Source of the DNA: Tubiluchus corallicola | Lineage: Eukaryota > Animalia > Priapulida | Length of the DNA: 64,000 bases | Direction: 5' to 3' | NCBI GenBank assembly: GCA_030141605.1 | Contig: JAQGDQ010000828.1 | Location: 27,148-91,147, forward strand | Part shown: positions 14,787 to 28,010 of the stretch, one piece after another | Layout of the letters: the number at the start of each line of letters is the position of its first letter | Numbering within the stretch: the first letter of the stretch is position 1 | Made by a program: the position numbers and the translations under genes | Notes under the pieces: generated by a model | What the model saw: only the letters and a program-made list of their open reading frames with translations | What the model was told of the DNA's origin: nothing | Databases searched by the model: none

Positions 14787-14950
14787 CGACAGGCCAATGA
14801 AGTCGCACATTGGCCTAGTCTGAATTCGGTACTGAGCTAGATTTATAGGAGTGATTGCTTGGGTAAACTGGCGACAGGCCAATGAAGTCGCACATTGGCC
14901 TAGTCTGAATTCGGTACTGAGCTAGATTTATAGGAGTGATTGCTTGGGTA
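14787..14950. repeat. About 85-bp direct duplication containing a short hairpin
   Basis: cgacaggccaatgaagtcgcacattggcctagt... occurs twice. Confidence 0.85.
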
Positions 14951-16242
14951 ACTACAAGGAACTCCCTTGCTGCTTCCTTACAATGTTCCATGTTCCAAGC
15001 TCCACGCTAACTTCTCCCATCTCTCCGGGGTAACTACAAGGAACTCCCTTGCTGCTTCCTTACAATGTTCCATGTTCCAGGCTTCATGCTAACTTCTCCC
15101 ATCTCTCCGGGATAACTACAAGGAACTCCCTTGCTTCCTTACAATGTTCCATGTTCCAGGCTTCATGCTAACTTCTCCCATCTCTCCGGGATAACTACAA
15201 GGAACTCCCTTGCTGCTTCCTTACAATGTTCCATGTTCCAGGCTTCATGCTAACTTCTCCCATCTCTCCGGGGTAACTACAAGGAACTCCCTTGCTGCTT
15301 CCTTACAATGTTCCATGTTCCAGGCTTCATGCTAACTTCTCCCATCTCTCCGGGGTAACTACAAGGAACTCCCTTGCTGCTTCCTTACAATGTTCCATGT
15401 TCCAGGCTCCACGCTAACTTCTCCCATCTCTCCGGGGTAACTACAAGGAACTCCCTTGCTGCTTCCTTACAATGTTCCATGTTCCAGGCTCCACGCTAAC
15501 TTCTCCCATCTCTCCGGGGTAACTACAAGGAACTCCCTTGCTGCTTCCTTACAATGTTCCATGTTCCAAGCTCCACGCTAACTTCTCCCATCTCTCCGGG
15601 GTAACTACAAGGATTCTTGCTGCTTCTTACAATGTTCCATGTTCCAGGCTTCATGCTAACTTCTCCCATCTCTCCGGGGTAACTACAAGGAACTCCCTTG
15701 CTGCTTCCTTACAATGTTCCATGTTCCAGGCTTCATGCTAACTTCTCCCATCTCTCCGGGGTAATTACAAGGAACTCCCTTGCTGCTTCCTTACAATGTT
15801 CCATGTTCCAGGCTTCATGCTAACTTCTCCCATCTCTCCGGGGTAACTACAAGGAACTCCCTTGCTGCTTCCTTACAATGTTCCATGTTCCAAGCTCCAT
15901 GCTAACTTCTCCCATCTCTCCGGGGTAACACAAGGACCCTTGCTGCTTACAATGTTCCATGTTCCAGGCTCCACGCTAACTTCTCCCATCTCTCCGGGGT
16001 AACTACAAGGAACTCCCTTGCTGCTTCCTTACAATGTTCCATGTTCCAGGCTTCATGCTAACTTCTCCCATCTCTCCGGGGTAACTACAAGGAACTCCCT
16101 TGCTGCTTCCTTACAATGTTCCATGTTCCAAGCTCCATGCTAACTTCTCCCATCTCTCCGGGGTAACTACAAGGAACTCCCTTGCTGCTTCCTTACAATG
16201 TTCCATGTTCCAAGCTCCATGCTAACTTCTCCCATCTCTCCG
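14947..16242. repeat. 81-bp minisatellite, about 16 copies
   Basis: Unit gggtaactacaaggaactcccttgctgcttccttacaatgttccatgttccaggcttcatgctaacttctcccatctctcc(g). Confidence 0.97.
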
Positions 16243-16252
16243 ATCTTTGAGG

Positions 16253-16437
16253 GCTGCTAACGGTGATCCGCACGCACATGTGACTACAACATGACAGACT
16301 GACTGACTGACCAGCTGCTAACGGTGATCCGCACGCACACGTGACTACAACATGACAGACTGACTGACTGACCAGCTGCTAACGGTGATCCGCACGCACA
16401 TGTGACTACAACATGACAGACTGACTGACTGACTGAC
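16253..16437. repeat. 61-bp tandem repeat, 3 copies
   Basis: gctgctaacggtgatccgcacgcac...gactgactgacca. Confidence 0.9.
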
Positions 16438-18059
16438 CATGAATCACCGTTGTCCTCCAGTTTTTGTTGTCTTTTAATCACTTGACAAAGTTCACTCGAT
16501 GGTGCTATACTGGTGTAACAATTGGTCCTCCTACAGAGTCACCCCAACCCCAGCTGATCTTTCATGGGGTAAACTATTATACTCATAATTTCAATAGCTC
16601 ATTATTGTAGAACTGTTCAACTATCAGTTCCTCCGTCACGTGATCAAGTTGTGGTTGCTCTTTGTACAATTACTCCACATTTTATGTGGATCCCCCCCCC
16701 ATGACCCTAACAGCAGTTCAGAGCAACTCAGAAAATATATCACTGTCACAGTCCTCTAGCAGTGACATCTCTTCCAGTACACTAATGAACTTTTAATATC
16801 TTTCACACGCGCTGCATCGTTTAAGCACCTAGCGATGTACTATTTAGTATATCTCTGGAGGATCATTACCCTAGTGACATTAACAACATCGTATATGTAA
16901 AGAAGCTAGCTGAAATGCCAGTTATAGTGAGAATATGATGAACAAGCTATGATGAATAATGGTTTTCTTACTCGTTATATTATTCTTCCATTTTTGATTG
17001 TAATTCATTAATTATTCATTTCGTGAATAATTGTTAATTTTAAAGATAAAACGTAACACTTGGCGTTGCTTAAGTTCAGTCGGCAGGCATATGCAGTGAG
17101 CTCAGCAGTTTGCCTGAAATTTGCTCACTTTAACATGCATTATTTACTTAAAGCAAAATCGAACCCATTCTTAAATTGTAGGTCAAAATAATCTACTCTT
17201 TAAAATATTGAAAGGAAACATACTATAGAGAAAATATCCCTATTACTAATAAAATACTTACATTTAATTTTTACCTACTTAGTGGTCTGCAACAGCCTAA
17301 ACTCACAGCTAAAATTTCTCCAGGGAGGGGAACGTAACTGCCACGAAAACGCCACTTACTTTCAGTTCGTCAAACATGCCGAGAACTCTGTGTGAAAAAC
17401 TTAATTAAATTCCAGAAAGAAACAAGCCAGCAAATTTTGAAGTACATTGTTTATCAATAAACGTAACAAACCGAATGCAACAATGGTAAAAGGGATGTAT
17501 TCCAAATTGATGACTAAAGATCAAATTATTGCCTCAGCCAGAAACCAGGTTAGTTACCCAGCCCTACTTAAGAGGACACCTCACAATTATTGATCCGATT
17601 ACATAAATTGCAATATGTATAATATATGTATTGTAATAGATTATATATGATATATGTATATATATATTGGTTTTTGTTAATTTTAATTACAAAGCTGTGT
17701 AATTACAAGAGTATGGAAGACAGGTAGTCACAGTTACGTGCAATCAACTGCATAGTAAAAAAATTTTAATTACACCTGGGGAGAGAGAGGGAGGAAAAGA
17801 AAGAGATAAATAGAGAGAGAGCAGACGAAGGAAAAGAGAGAGAAAAGAGAGAGGGAGAGAGAGAGAGGAAGGGAGGGAGCAGGGAAAGAAAGACATTAAG
17901 GTAAAGCAAGTGGAGGATAAGGAGAAGGAACAGGAACAGGGATCACAGTATAAGTTACAAAACTTTGACGTAGCAAATGTATAAAATGCGCCTACAGGCA
18001 TGCGACCCACTTGCTAGTTAAAATCTGGCTCCCAAAACTAGATAACAGTTATCATGGTC

Positions 18060-19529
18060 CCACGGGATTTTGTGCCTATTTGCAATTTCCTTGCTTTACC
18101 CACCAGTCTTGAATGTCGTACGTTTTTGCTGGTTCTCTGGGATTATGCAATTTCCTTGCTTTACCCACCAGTCTTGTATGTCGTACGTTTTTGCTGGTTC
18201 TCTGGCTGGTTCTCTGGGATTATGCAATTTCCTTGCTTTACCCACCAGTCTTGAATGTCGTACGTTTTTGCTGGTTCTCTGAGATTATTCAGTTTTTCGC
18301 ACAAATGACAGAAGCTCAGGTTTGGGTGTCTTTTTATATAATATTTCTGTTTCCAAGAAAAATACTGCGAGTAAGCCGTGTCGTTTTTATCCAAATACAA
18401 AAGGTACTCAGCAAGTTGTTTTGGTGAATCAAAATCTGCTGCATTAATTACTGAATGTGGGGGACTTTGCATCGTGTAATTTGCACTGCCTCTCACCACA
18501 GGAATTACATCACTTGATTCTAGTCTGCTAAACAACTTCTCTGTAACGTAGTCACGACAGAAAGAGTTTTCAAATGACAAGTAAAACTTGTAATCTCGTT
18601 TAGCATGAAATTGCAATAAGAATCCGCGCATGTTAGGTTTCCGCATTTTCCATATATGTCAACAGAGATGTATTTCTGCAAATGTTTGGCGTACTCCATA
18701 CGACCAGTATAATCGGTGTCGCAGTTACTTACAAACCAAGCCACTAGTTTTGTCTTTCCTTTAGCGTAATTTTTGACAGTCTTATCACGGGGTGGAGGAC
18801 GTAAGACAACTTCTCCATGCACGCGAGGAATATCAGAATCGAGACGGTAAGTCATCGTCCAGTTAAAAAAGTTATTCATGTGTGATAAATTCGGATTTTT
18901 TCCAAACGTGTGTAACATTCTGATTGGCGTTTCGATTAAAAAGAAAATCCATCTTTGTCCAGGTGCCCGGTAAACTGGGAATTCAGCAATGGCGCTTGAT
19001 GATGAATTTCTCATGTGTACAATAACCGCATGGCTTTCATTAAACCGAGATCTGTCATTTGTTGTCTCACAATTTCTGCCCAGCTTGTGGCAGATTTCGA
19101 AAGGCTTACTTCCTTTTCCAAAGGCAAAAAATTCATATTTGTGGAACTTATTCCAAAATAAAATTAGTTTCCGCTTGGGTAAAATGGTTGATTGATCAGC
19201 ACTAGTGGAATTATAGCTTCAACTATTTCTAAGTTTATGTCGAGCTTTCTCAATTTCATTAATGGATTATTGGCATTCTTTAACACAAACAATATCACTG
19301 CTGTCAAAATGGTCACAAATATTTTTATCTTAGTCACTTTTTTTCTTCCAAGGAAACGTCTACCCATGCACATCCCACGGGCGAGCCTTCTCAATTTCAT
19401 TAATTGATTATTCGCATTCTTTAACACAAACAATATCACTGCTGTCAAAATATCCACAAATATTTTTATCTTAGTCATTTTTTTTCTTCCAAGGAAACGT
19501 TTACGCATGCACATCCCATAGGCGAACAT
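18060..19529 (-). pseudogene. Intronless alpha-1,3-fucosyltransferase (GT10), frameshifted (pseudogene or assembly indels)
   Basis: N-terminal TM (type II), ILFWN, FNWTMTYRLDSDI, VAWFVSNC, VDIYGKCG, YKFYLSFENSFCRDYVTEK, PPHSVINAADF. Frameshifts near 19180 and 18600; tandem duplications at both ends. Confidence 0.88.
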
Positions 19530-19699
19530 TTTATACGTCTTTTACCGAAAGTTCCGAATTGCGCCTTAAGAACCCCCATCCAATAAGTACCTTTAGCAAG
19601 CTTATGCATGACTGTGTATCAAGTCAGGGTCTGCCGGAGGCTTTCAAGCATGCGAAATAACACTGACCCAAAAACGTATGCGAAATAACACTGACCCAA

Positions 19700-20190
19700 A
19701 AACGTCCGTACGGTGAGCGGTTTTACTTCTCATAGTACAAACCAGTTATTTCTGGCACTCCATAAGTAGGTATCCTGGGACCGATTTTAATTGTATTGTT
19801 TATAAACCATCTTCCCGATATCTTTGATCCTGGAAATTGTAAACTTTATGCAACATGCAAAAGCCACTGTCTATTAGCTGACGCCATTGAGAAATTTGGA
19901 TAGATGGTCTGATACCTGACACCATTCAGTTGCATTTCAAACTCACTAGGCTTCCTTTAAGCTACGGGAATCCACGCCTCCCGTATTTTTAAATGGTTTT
20001 CCTTTTGGTACTTAAGATGAATGCAGTGGTTTTGGTATTTTCTGCATATGGTAAGCAACAATAACGAATATAACTAACATGATTTTCCCATGACCAAGTC
20101 CAAAACAGTACCTGCATTGAAAGGGTTCAGCGTTGCTTTGTCCGCAGGTTTTTGGTGGGTGCCAGTTAGGATAGATCCCATATATGAGTA
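19700..20190 (+). mobile_element. Highly degraded CR1/L2-type LINE RT fragments
   Basis: Translates to GILGPILIVLFINHLPD..KLYA (the LGP..F..YINDL..LFADD region) and IERVQRCFVRR. Confidence 0.6.
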
Positions 20191-20194
20191 GATT

Positions 20195-20631
20195 TGTGAA
20201 AGTTAGTTATGAAGTTGAAATTGAACTCTTGTAGAAAACAACTAAACACTATATTACATGTTTGCACAAAAACTGAAACACTTTTATTACACTACATAGT
20301 TATATGTAACATGACTGCTAAACTACACTGAGGACCAGAGTGTCCTGCACTGATCACGAAAAATTAGACAGTGTGTAGCACGACTGCAGGTCACCGAGAG
20401 CGTGACAGAGAGACAGTGGCTGGAAGTGAATTCCAGCCAGTATATATAGGTAGAGAACTATGCAAAAACTTGGCTTCACATATCCCATTACAGTAAAAAT
20501 ATGGGAGATCCAGTGAGTTTGCATATTGACTGGACCGAACATTTGTACTAGGGGTGAATTTAACTAGTAAAATGTTAAAGTGACTAATCAATAGATGGCA
20601 GCACCTAAAATATACAGTTACAACTTTCACA
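20195..20631 (-). mobile_element. Solo LTR (437 bp) with 5-bp TSD AGATT
   Basis: 10-bp terminal inverted repeat TGTGAAAGTT...AACTTTCACA, agatt on both sides, AATAAA and TATA-like motifs on the minus strand. Confidence 0.9.
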
Positions 20632-20829
20632 AGATTTGTTAAACTGATTTGCAGCCGCTCGGAGTGAGGCACATTAGTTTTGATTTAAAACAATGTATAA
20701 GACCATGCAATTTAACTGGCAGGTTAAATTTTTTGAAGATTTCTTCACTTTTGTCCCCCCCCCCACGCATTTGCGAAGACATTAAAGACTTGCGAAGATT
20801 ATAAACTTTTAATCAATTCTTCAATGTTC

Positions 20830-21035
20830 ATTCTATTATGTTTTTCTTTCAAAGTAATTCTATTATGTTTTTCTTTCAAAGTAATTCTATTATGTTTTTC
20901 TTTCTAAGTAATTCTATTATGTTTTTCTTTCAAAGTAATTCTATTATGTTTTTCTTTCAAAGTAATTCTATTATGTTTTTCTTTCTAAGTAATTCTATTA
21001 TGTTTTTCTTTCAAAGTAATTCTATTATGTTTTTC
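20830..21035. repeat. 27-bp minisatellite, about 7.5 copies
   Basis: attctattatgtttttctttcaaagta. Confidence 0.93.
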
Positions 21036-22572
21036 TTATCAATTATATCATATCTACAGTTTGAATAAACATTTTTGCATTATTATATTTCGTTTTAGTA
21101 ATACTTTATAGTTCGTTTAGTGCTTGAGAACGGATTATTTGCTTTCACATTATTTCTTATGGGAATAAACGGTTCTCAACCAAATTGGCTTTCAAAGATA
21201 CAGTACAAACAAGCCCCGACATGCAAAAACTAAAACTACTACTGACTGACCGACCAACCAACTGACTTAATGACCGATCGACGGAGTCTTAAAAAAATTC
21301 GTGTGAAACATTTTCATGATTCCTTGTTCTTAAATGCATTTCAGTAAGCAAACTTGTGCTCACTTTCTCGTTGTAATTAACCTATAGCGTAATTAACAAA
21401 GCGAACCTCGTAATTAGCACCAATATGTCAAAAAGGTAAAGTATGTAGTTCCACTTTAACCTTCTGACCAAATGAGGTGATCATCTGAAATCATTTAGCA
21501 GGTGAGAAACTTCATGGAGCTCTTAACGTTTCACTCTTAGAACATTGTTACTGCAAACAAGGTAGGTAAAAACTTTTCACTATTATTTTTAGTTCAAAAC
21601 ATATTGATGATTCGCATCCTGAAATGGTTAAAAATTTCGTTAATCGTAATTTAATCACAGCTAATAATATTATTTATGTACCAGTTTATAAATATTTTCA
21701 AATATTGCTTCTTATTACATGTAAATTATGTATAATATTGTAATTATGATGGTCTTGCATAAGTAGTAGCCTAAGCTGTTTCACATTCCTCAATAATCTA
21801 AGCAATTTGTGTTTTAATACAAAGTTTTTGATGAATTCTTACATAAATTGTTTGAAAATTGTAATTTCATTTCTGAAACTGTTATGTTCTGAAACTTTGA
21901 AAACGGAATAAATTTTGTAATATAACATAATATAATGCAATATAATTGTAATATTTAGCTATCATAAATACTGTTTACTATTATTATTGTTAATAGTATA
22001 ATTATTACTATTATTATTATGTGTTGTATGATGATTATACCCCATGTGCGATGTTCTGTCTGTGTAGTTTTCTCTTTTATCCATGTAATATATTGCATTG
22101 CTTTTGTAATGTATTGTAATGAATTGATTGCACAGTTCCAGCGATTGATGATGATCGTGGAAATGACAAAGGTTAAGTGTGCCAGACAACGCATTTGTGT
22201 ACACTTGACAACACCTCGCAGCCCATGCTATTGTAATAGTAACAATAGTTTTAACAGCTAGCTAGAACCTTACCTAGTTCATTTTTTCTGTTTCCAAGCA
22301 AGATCCTGCTAGTAAATCATTCTACGCATAGCCTAGTGCTTAATTAAGTCCACGTAAAACAACTAAATTTACTGAACCAATGCGGCAGTAAGCTTTGCTT
22401 TTCCCACATGTCACGTGACGCTTGTAATTAAGACACGTTGCTGTGGTGCACTTAACCTTTGACCTACAGCAACTGCAGTGAAACTGTGAAAAGGTTTTTT
22501 GTACTGTGCTGGATCGTCAATAAATTTATTCAGTTCTGCACAATTTCTTGCAGTAAAGCTGCATCTCTAGAA

Positions 22573-22780
22573 ATGATGATGGCGACTGAAAGAAGACTCG
22601 CTCTGTTTGGCTTTTTAGCGATTGCTGCAAATACGTGTGTTTATGCCTAACCCCCCCCCCCACCACCACCAACACCAATACCAATGCTAGGTACACCACC
22701 ACCACCAACACCAATACCAATGCTAGGTACACCACCACCACCAACACCAATACCAATGCTAGGTACACCACCACCACCAA
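22573..22780 (+). CDS. Candidate first exon (signal peptide + Pro-rich 36-bp repeats) of the EGF/GPP/GY gene, with an in-frame TAA at 22648..22650
   Basis: MMMATERRLALFGFLAIAANTCVYA* then PPPPPPP(TPIPMLGTPPPP)3. CTA G|GT would give phase 1, matching the EGF exon, but the stop beside a poly-C run and the weak donor make it uncertain. Confidence 0.4.
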
Positions 22781-22899
22781 AGTTCATTTTAAAGAGCTTT
22801 AAGAATTTTCTGTGATTCTTTTACTCATTACACTCTTACTTCAATACTAGGTGAGTTACACCAGTAACAGTGTAAATAAGTTGGCTTCTTTAACACAGA

Positions 22900-23100
22900 A
22901 TACCGTATATGTGTCATTTATTGTGATTCATGGCAGCTCTTGACTAAATGATAATTCTTATATGTATCTATATTTGAATTTTCGAACTTTTTAGATTGCA
23001 TGTTATGGTAATCTGAAGAGGAGAAGGAGTGTGCTCTCAAAACGTCGTTAGTACAATAAAAAATTCTTCACTACAGTAAATAATGCTGTGGGATTCTTCG
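22900..23100 (+). mobile_element. Possible Penelope-like terminal repeat remnant with a degenerate minimal hammerhead
   Basis: ctgaagag-gaga..tctc-aaaacgtc followed by aataaa. The GAAA box is mutated to AAAA. Confidence 0.35.
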
Positions 23101-23302
23101 TAAAAAATGGTTTTAGCAATATTTGGAAATATGTCACTTTTATATATAGCATTTTCAGCATATAAAAACACTTATAACGCTAGTTTTTATATGTAGCCTT
23201 ATTACACTAAATTATTTTATTTTATTTGTGTAATATCTGTGTGTCTGCAGTCTTGGCATTCATTGCTCATTTGTTTTCATGTTTTATTTTGTATCTAAAC
23301 AG

Positions 23303-26300
23303 ATGACTGTACCTGGAACCCTTGTAAAAATGGTGGAACATGTACCGATTCAGATGGGATGGAAGATGGAGTGTTTTCTTGTACATGTAGATCTGGATAT
23401 AGAGGTGCACTTTGTGGTAAGACGATAAAATCATGCTTTATTCTTTTCTATACAGGATCGTTCAGAAAAATGCGGTCTCCAATCTAATTTGTAAAACTTC
23501 ATGTTCATAGAGACATTTGTAAAAGAGGCCCGTATCACTGTGTAGCTGGTTCTCCTCTTTCCAGAAAAGCTATAAATTTCTTTCAAAGAACGCCACCCTT
23601 ACCACCACGGGCATTTTTGAAGGTTTTTCTCTCGCCATTCCTAGAAGAACACCGCGTACAATAAACATCGTAGCGGCGTTTGGTGGGGGTGGGGTGGTGG
23701 TGGGGGGTGGCGTGGTGGTGGGGGGTGGCGTTGGTGTCTCTGGCGTGGGGTGAGGTGGTGTCTTTGACTGAAAACGTATAGCTGTTTGGAAAGAAGAGAA
23801 ATCAGCTACACGATGGAAGGGATTTCTTTCGCAAATGCTCCTACCAAGATGAAGGGCTACGAATTAGTTCATGGGAAAACTTTTCTGGGCGAAATTGTGT
23901 TATTGGCTCTGAACAAAAACGTTTCCTGTTTTAAATTAATTTGTCGTGCCTTTATTTGATGACAATGACTAGACCATTTGGGTGTAAATAAGAGAATGGT
24001 AATCCTACCTTGTTAGACGCAAGAAGCAAGAAATAAAACACGATGCGTTACCTGTAAGGCGTCTTCTATCTTCCGTAATGCCTATATCATGATTCGCGGT
24101 ATGGTGGTTGCCCTCTGTTAGATAAATATATAAATATTGGATATATATTTAGAATAACCAAATCGTAATGCAAAATTGTCAGCTTGTTTAGTAAGAAATT
24201 TATTTAATGTACATAGTGTAAAGACTTATTTAACATTTTTGTACTTTTTTGCTCTGCAAATAGAGGGCTTATCTTGTATAATTGCAAATTTCATTCATAC
24301 ACTATCTACGTAAATTTTGCTCATTACAGAATAACATATTTCGTTAAAAATGTTCCATATTGAAAACCATAATAATCTGGCTGCATCATGAACATAATAA
24401 TTTCGATAGTATCGCTACTACCTTGTCATTTCACTTGGTGGACAGATGGTTGGAATCCCTCCTGGCGCCTCAGAAGAACTTCCATGCACTGTCCGATGCT
24501 GTTGAGAATTTAAATTCTGCTTTATTCATAAAGGCTTCAATACAGTTCAAGCTTTTAACTAGGTCAATTTCTAGAGAAAGATATGTTTAGTTTAGTTTAC
24601 GGTACGACTTCTTCCTGTACACAATAAAGAATATGGCTCGCAAATTTCTATATTGTCTTAAGATAATTTTCTTTCTACGTATTGGATCCAAAACTTTACA
24701 ACAGATGCAACACCTCGTAGAGATTGTCTCAGTGCCTCGGAAGTAACACGTGTTTAACTCTTTCGTTTCAAGGCCTGTTTTGCTGAGTTCGTGATTTTTG
24801 GGAGAAACTACGTATTGGATTTAGCTTCAGCGTTTACATCTCCACTGACGTGATTTCTGTTTAAAGACTTACTGCTCTGTTTTTCTTTGGAACGGCCTCG
24901 ATAGATGGTGCTACACTGCACTCTCAAAGTGGATCATTTGAACTGAACTGATGACATTTTACGTACTTGCACGCTCCAAATTCATTTCTTCTTGAAATTG
25001 CACTTCTATGATTATTTTTGATGTGTTATTGTTTATAAGCTCATAACTGACATTTCAAAGTGCTGTTGTGTTCATTATTGTGTCATCTGACACTTTTGTG
25101 TTTTGATTAAAACTTGCTTGTCAATTCCTGTTATAGTACAGCCGCTTTGACACCAAAACCCAAAGAAAACCCCGTTTTCGAAAGCAGAATCACGCCTGCT
25201 TTCCTAAAACTAGCGTTGTTTTTCTAAAGACTAAAGAAGGCGGAATCAGAAAAATGAAGGTAGTGGGTTTTATACCAGTCATATTTCGAGGAAAACGACA
25301 CTTCCTTACCAGAAAAAAACGCGAGTTTCTCGCAAAAAGAGAAATATCCATTTTGTTTAGTCTAAGTGTGAGAAAAAACGACATCGTTTCGCCCAAAAGG
25401 CGCACGTTTGTTAGGTAGTGGTTGGTTGACATCCTTCTGTCTCGGAAGACAATGGAGTGTGCGCCAAGAGAGTCAGTTATTGATCGCATTGATGGAGCTG
25501 CAGCGTCTACTTTGGCTGAGCAATGCGATCCTTGAACGTCTCCAGGGCGCACGCCTGGGCAAGGTGTATGGAGATCCTGAGTTGACCACACAACAGGAAC
25601 CCCCTCTCTTCCTCCCTGGTGTAGTCCAAACGAAAGCGGAGCGATACGTTCGTTTGGCACCAGGTTGGCTGCAGGAGCTGCCGGAGTCAGTGAGCATGCT
25701 GGACTGGTCCGCCTTCGGGGCTCCACTCCTGATTTAGAAGGTTTACTCTTCTACGCATGGCCGTTTAGTCACTTGACCTCCTCCGCCCTCTAGCCGTTGG
25801 CCGCTTGTGCAGCTACTAGTGTCGAGATACAGTGTAGGTAGTGGATGGGAATAGTAAATATGGGTGGAGTTTTGAATATCACGAGTGCAGTTCTTAAAGC
25901 ATATACGTGAAATTGACAGGTAAATACTCCGGTATGCGAAATACTGATATTATTGGACCATTCTAAAAAACGTATAGCTGAAAAGTTTCCTTTGTCCACA
26001 ATTTCTGTTTTATCTCAGTTAAACTGGACTTTGTTTGAGAAGAAACAGCGTTGAAAATTGTACAGTAAGATTAAGATATTCTTTTAAACAAAATTATTCC
26101 TGCTTAGACTGCAATTGTCAGTGGTGTTACTCGTCCAAATTCTTAGTTGTCAGTTTTCTTTAAATTAAAAGTCACTTTTATTGTGTTTTGCTTTGAGTTT
26201 GAATCACTTGCTCCATGGCGTTCTACTTGCTAACCAATCTGTCTGTTAATTCACAATCCCGTCTGATTATATATGTGCTAAATCTCAAGACCTCAATCGT

Positions 26301-28010
26301 TGAAATTACTTGACTTGTTGCATTGCATTTTTACAGGATGTCCAATCTGCAGAACAGTTGAAGGACCACCTGGACCGCCAGGACCACCAGGTGAGGTAAT
26401 TTTTTTGCTGTTGCTGCTTGCATTGTTGATTTGTTGTTACCTTTGTTACAGTCCAGTACATGTCAACCTATGTACTAAGAAAGATTTGTAAAATCTCAGT
26501 GAACTCACCTTGATTCAAACTGCTCACAAGGACTTGTTGTTACCTTTGTTACAGTCCAGTACATGTCAACCTATGTACTAAGAAGGATTTGTAAAATCTC
26601 AGTGAACTCACCTTGATTCAAACTGCTCACAAGGACTTGTTGTTACCTTTGTTACAGTCCAGTACATGTCAACCTATGTACTAAGAAGGATTTGTAAAAT
26701 CTCAGTGAACTCACCTTGATTCAAACTGCTCACAAGGACTTGTTGTTACCTTTGTTACAGTCCAGTACATGTCAACCTATGTACTAAGAAGGATTTGTAA
26801 AATCTCAGTGAACTCACATTGATTCAAACTGCTCACAAGGACTTGTTGTTACCTTTGTTACAGTCCAGTATATGTCAACCTATGTACTAAGAAAGATTTG
26901 TAAAATCTCAGTGAACTCACCATAATTCAGAAGAAGGTCATAAGTGCCAATCTCAAGAGAAACTCTTCAACTCCCCCTCTTGTTGGCGAGCGGGAGACGA
27001 CGATGAAAATTATAATAAGCAATGTGTCAATGAAATGGACACAAAACACCAGTTTAACGTGTTGACCAAAAGTTTCTTTATTCTGAAAGACAATTATTAA
27101 CATTTAGTTTAACTTGCATTGAATAGAAGAGAATTAGTTGCATGATTAAATGTATTGCTATAACTAAGCACTGATATAAAAATTATATAAGCTATATTGA
27201 AATTAATTAACAATAACTTACGTTGTTAGAGCCTTTAACAGTTACAAAGACAAGAATGAGAACTCCAAGTTGCCTTAAGAACAACGACGTCACAACAATA
27301 AATTTGTAAGAAATTCACAGTCATAATGCTCATCCCAGACAGAAAAATAGAGCAATGGTGGAGAGAACCAAAAGACGGGTAAAATGTCATACAACTACTA
27401 CAGCTGTACCTCACGAAAGACCAATATGCTAATGTATTCAAGTATATTAGGTGCTTCAATTTTAAAAGAGTGACTACTGTAAAAGGTAAAAAGATTAATA
27501 AATAAACAAACAGGTGGCAGCACCGTCGCAGTAGTTGAGAAATAAATTAAAATCAAAAAAGGGCCTATGCACCCACTACAGTCAGTATGTGTAGTCGTCG
27601 TTTTCCAAAGCTTGTTAAAAAATCAAAATTTCAAATAAATTTCGTTTAAGTTAGTTAATAATATATTTTCCTATTTTACAGGCACCCTCTTTCTAGTTCA
27701 TAGAAACCCTGCAAGTAAGTACAGAGTTGGCCATGGATTTAAATCATATGCGCCCAATTACTATGTTGACGAGCGAAATTATGGGAATGGAAGGGACGGT
27801 TACGGAGGCGCGAGAGGCTATAGTGGACGAAGAGACGGTTATGGAGAGGAGACAGGCTATAGCAGACGAAGAGATGGTTATGGAGAGGAGCGAGGCTATA
27901 GCAGACGAAGAGATGGTTATGGAGAGGAGACAGGCTATGGAGGACGAAAAGACGCTTATGGAGAGGAGAAAGGCTATGCGACTAAAGAAGAGGAGTACAG
28001 AGACCATTGA
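23303..28010 (+). CDS. Mosaic secreted-type protein: join(23303..23416 EGF, 26337..26390 GCPIC-(GPP)3, 27682..28010 Gly/Tyr-rich repeats)
   Basis: Canonical ag/gt sites, all phase 1. DDCTWNPCKNGGTCTD...FSCTCRSGYRGALC; GCPICRTVEGPPGPPGPPG; five 13-aa RRDGYGEETGYSR-like repeats; TGA then AATAAA near 28083. Confidence 0.75.
23452..23900. mobile_element. Old MITE-like element with long, diverged inverted arms and a G-rich core
   Basis: Left arm gtgtagctggttctcctctttccagaaaagctata is the reverse complement of right arm tatagctgtttggaaagaagagaaatcagctacac, with similarity over about 150 bp. Confidence 0.65.
26432..26920. repeat. 103-bp tandem repeat, about 4.7 copies (intronic)
   Basis: ttgttgttacctttgttacagtccagtacatgtcaacc... 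with period 103. Confidence 0.95.

Noticed and set aside
14426-16750. TGTGAC...GTCACA as the ends of one LTR-like element enclosing the 81-bp array
   Set aside because: No target-site duplication (acaag vs gtcct) and no supporting second copy.
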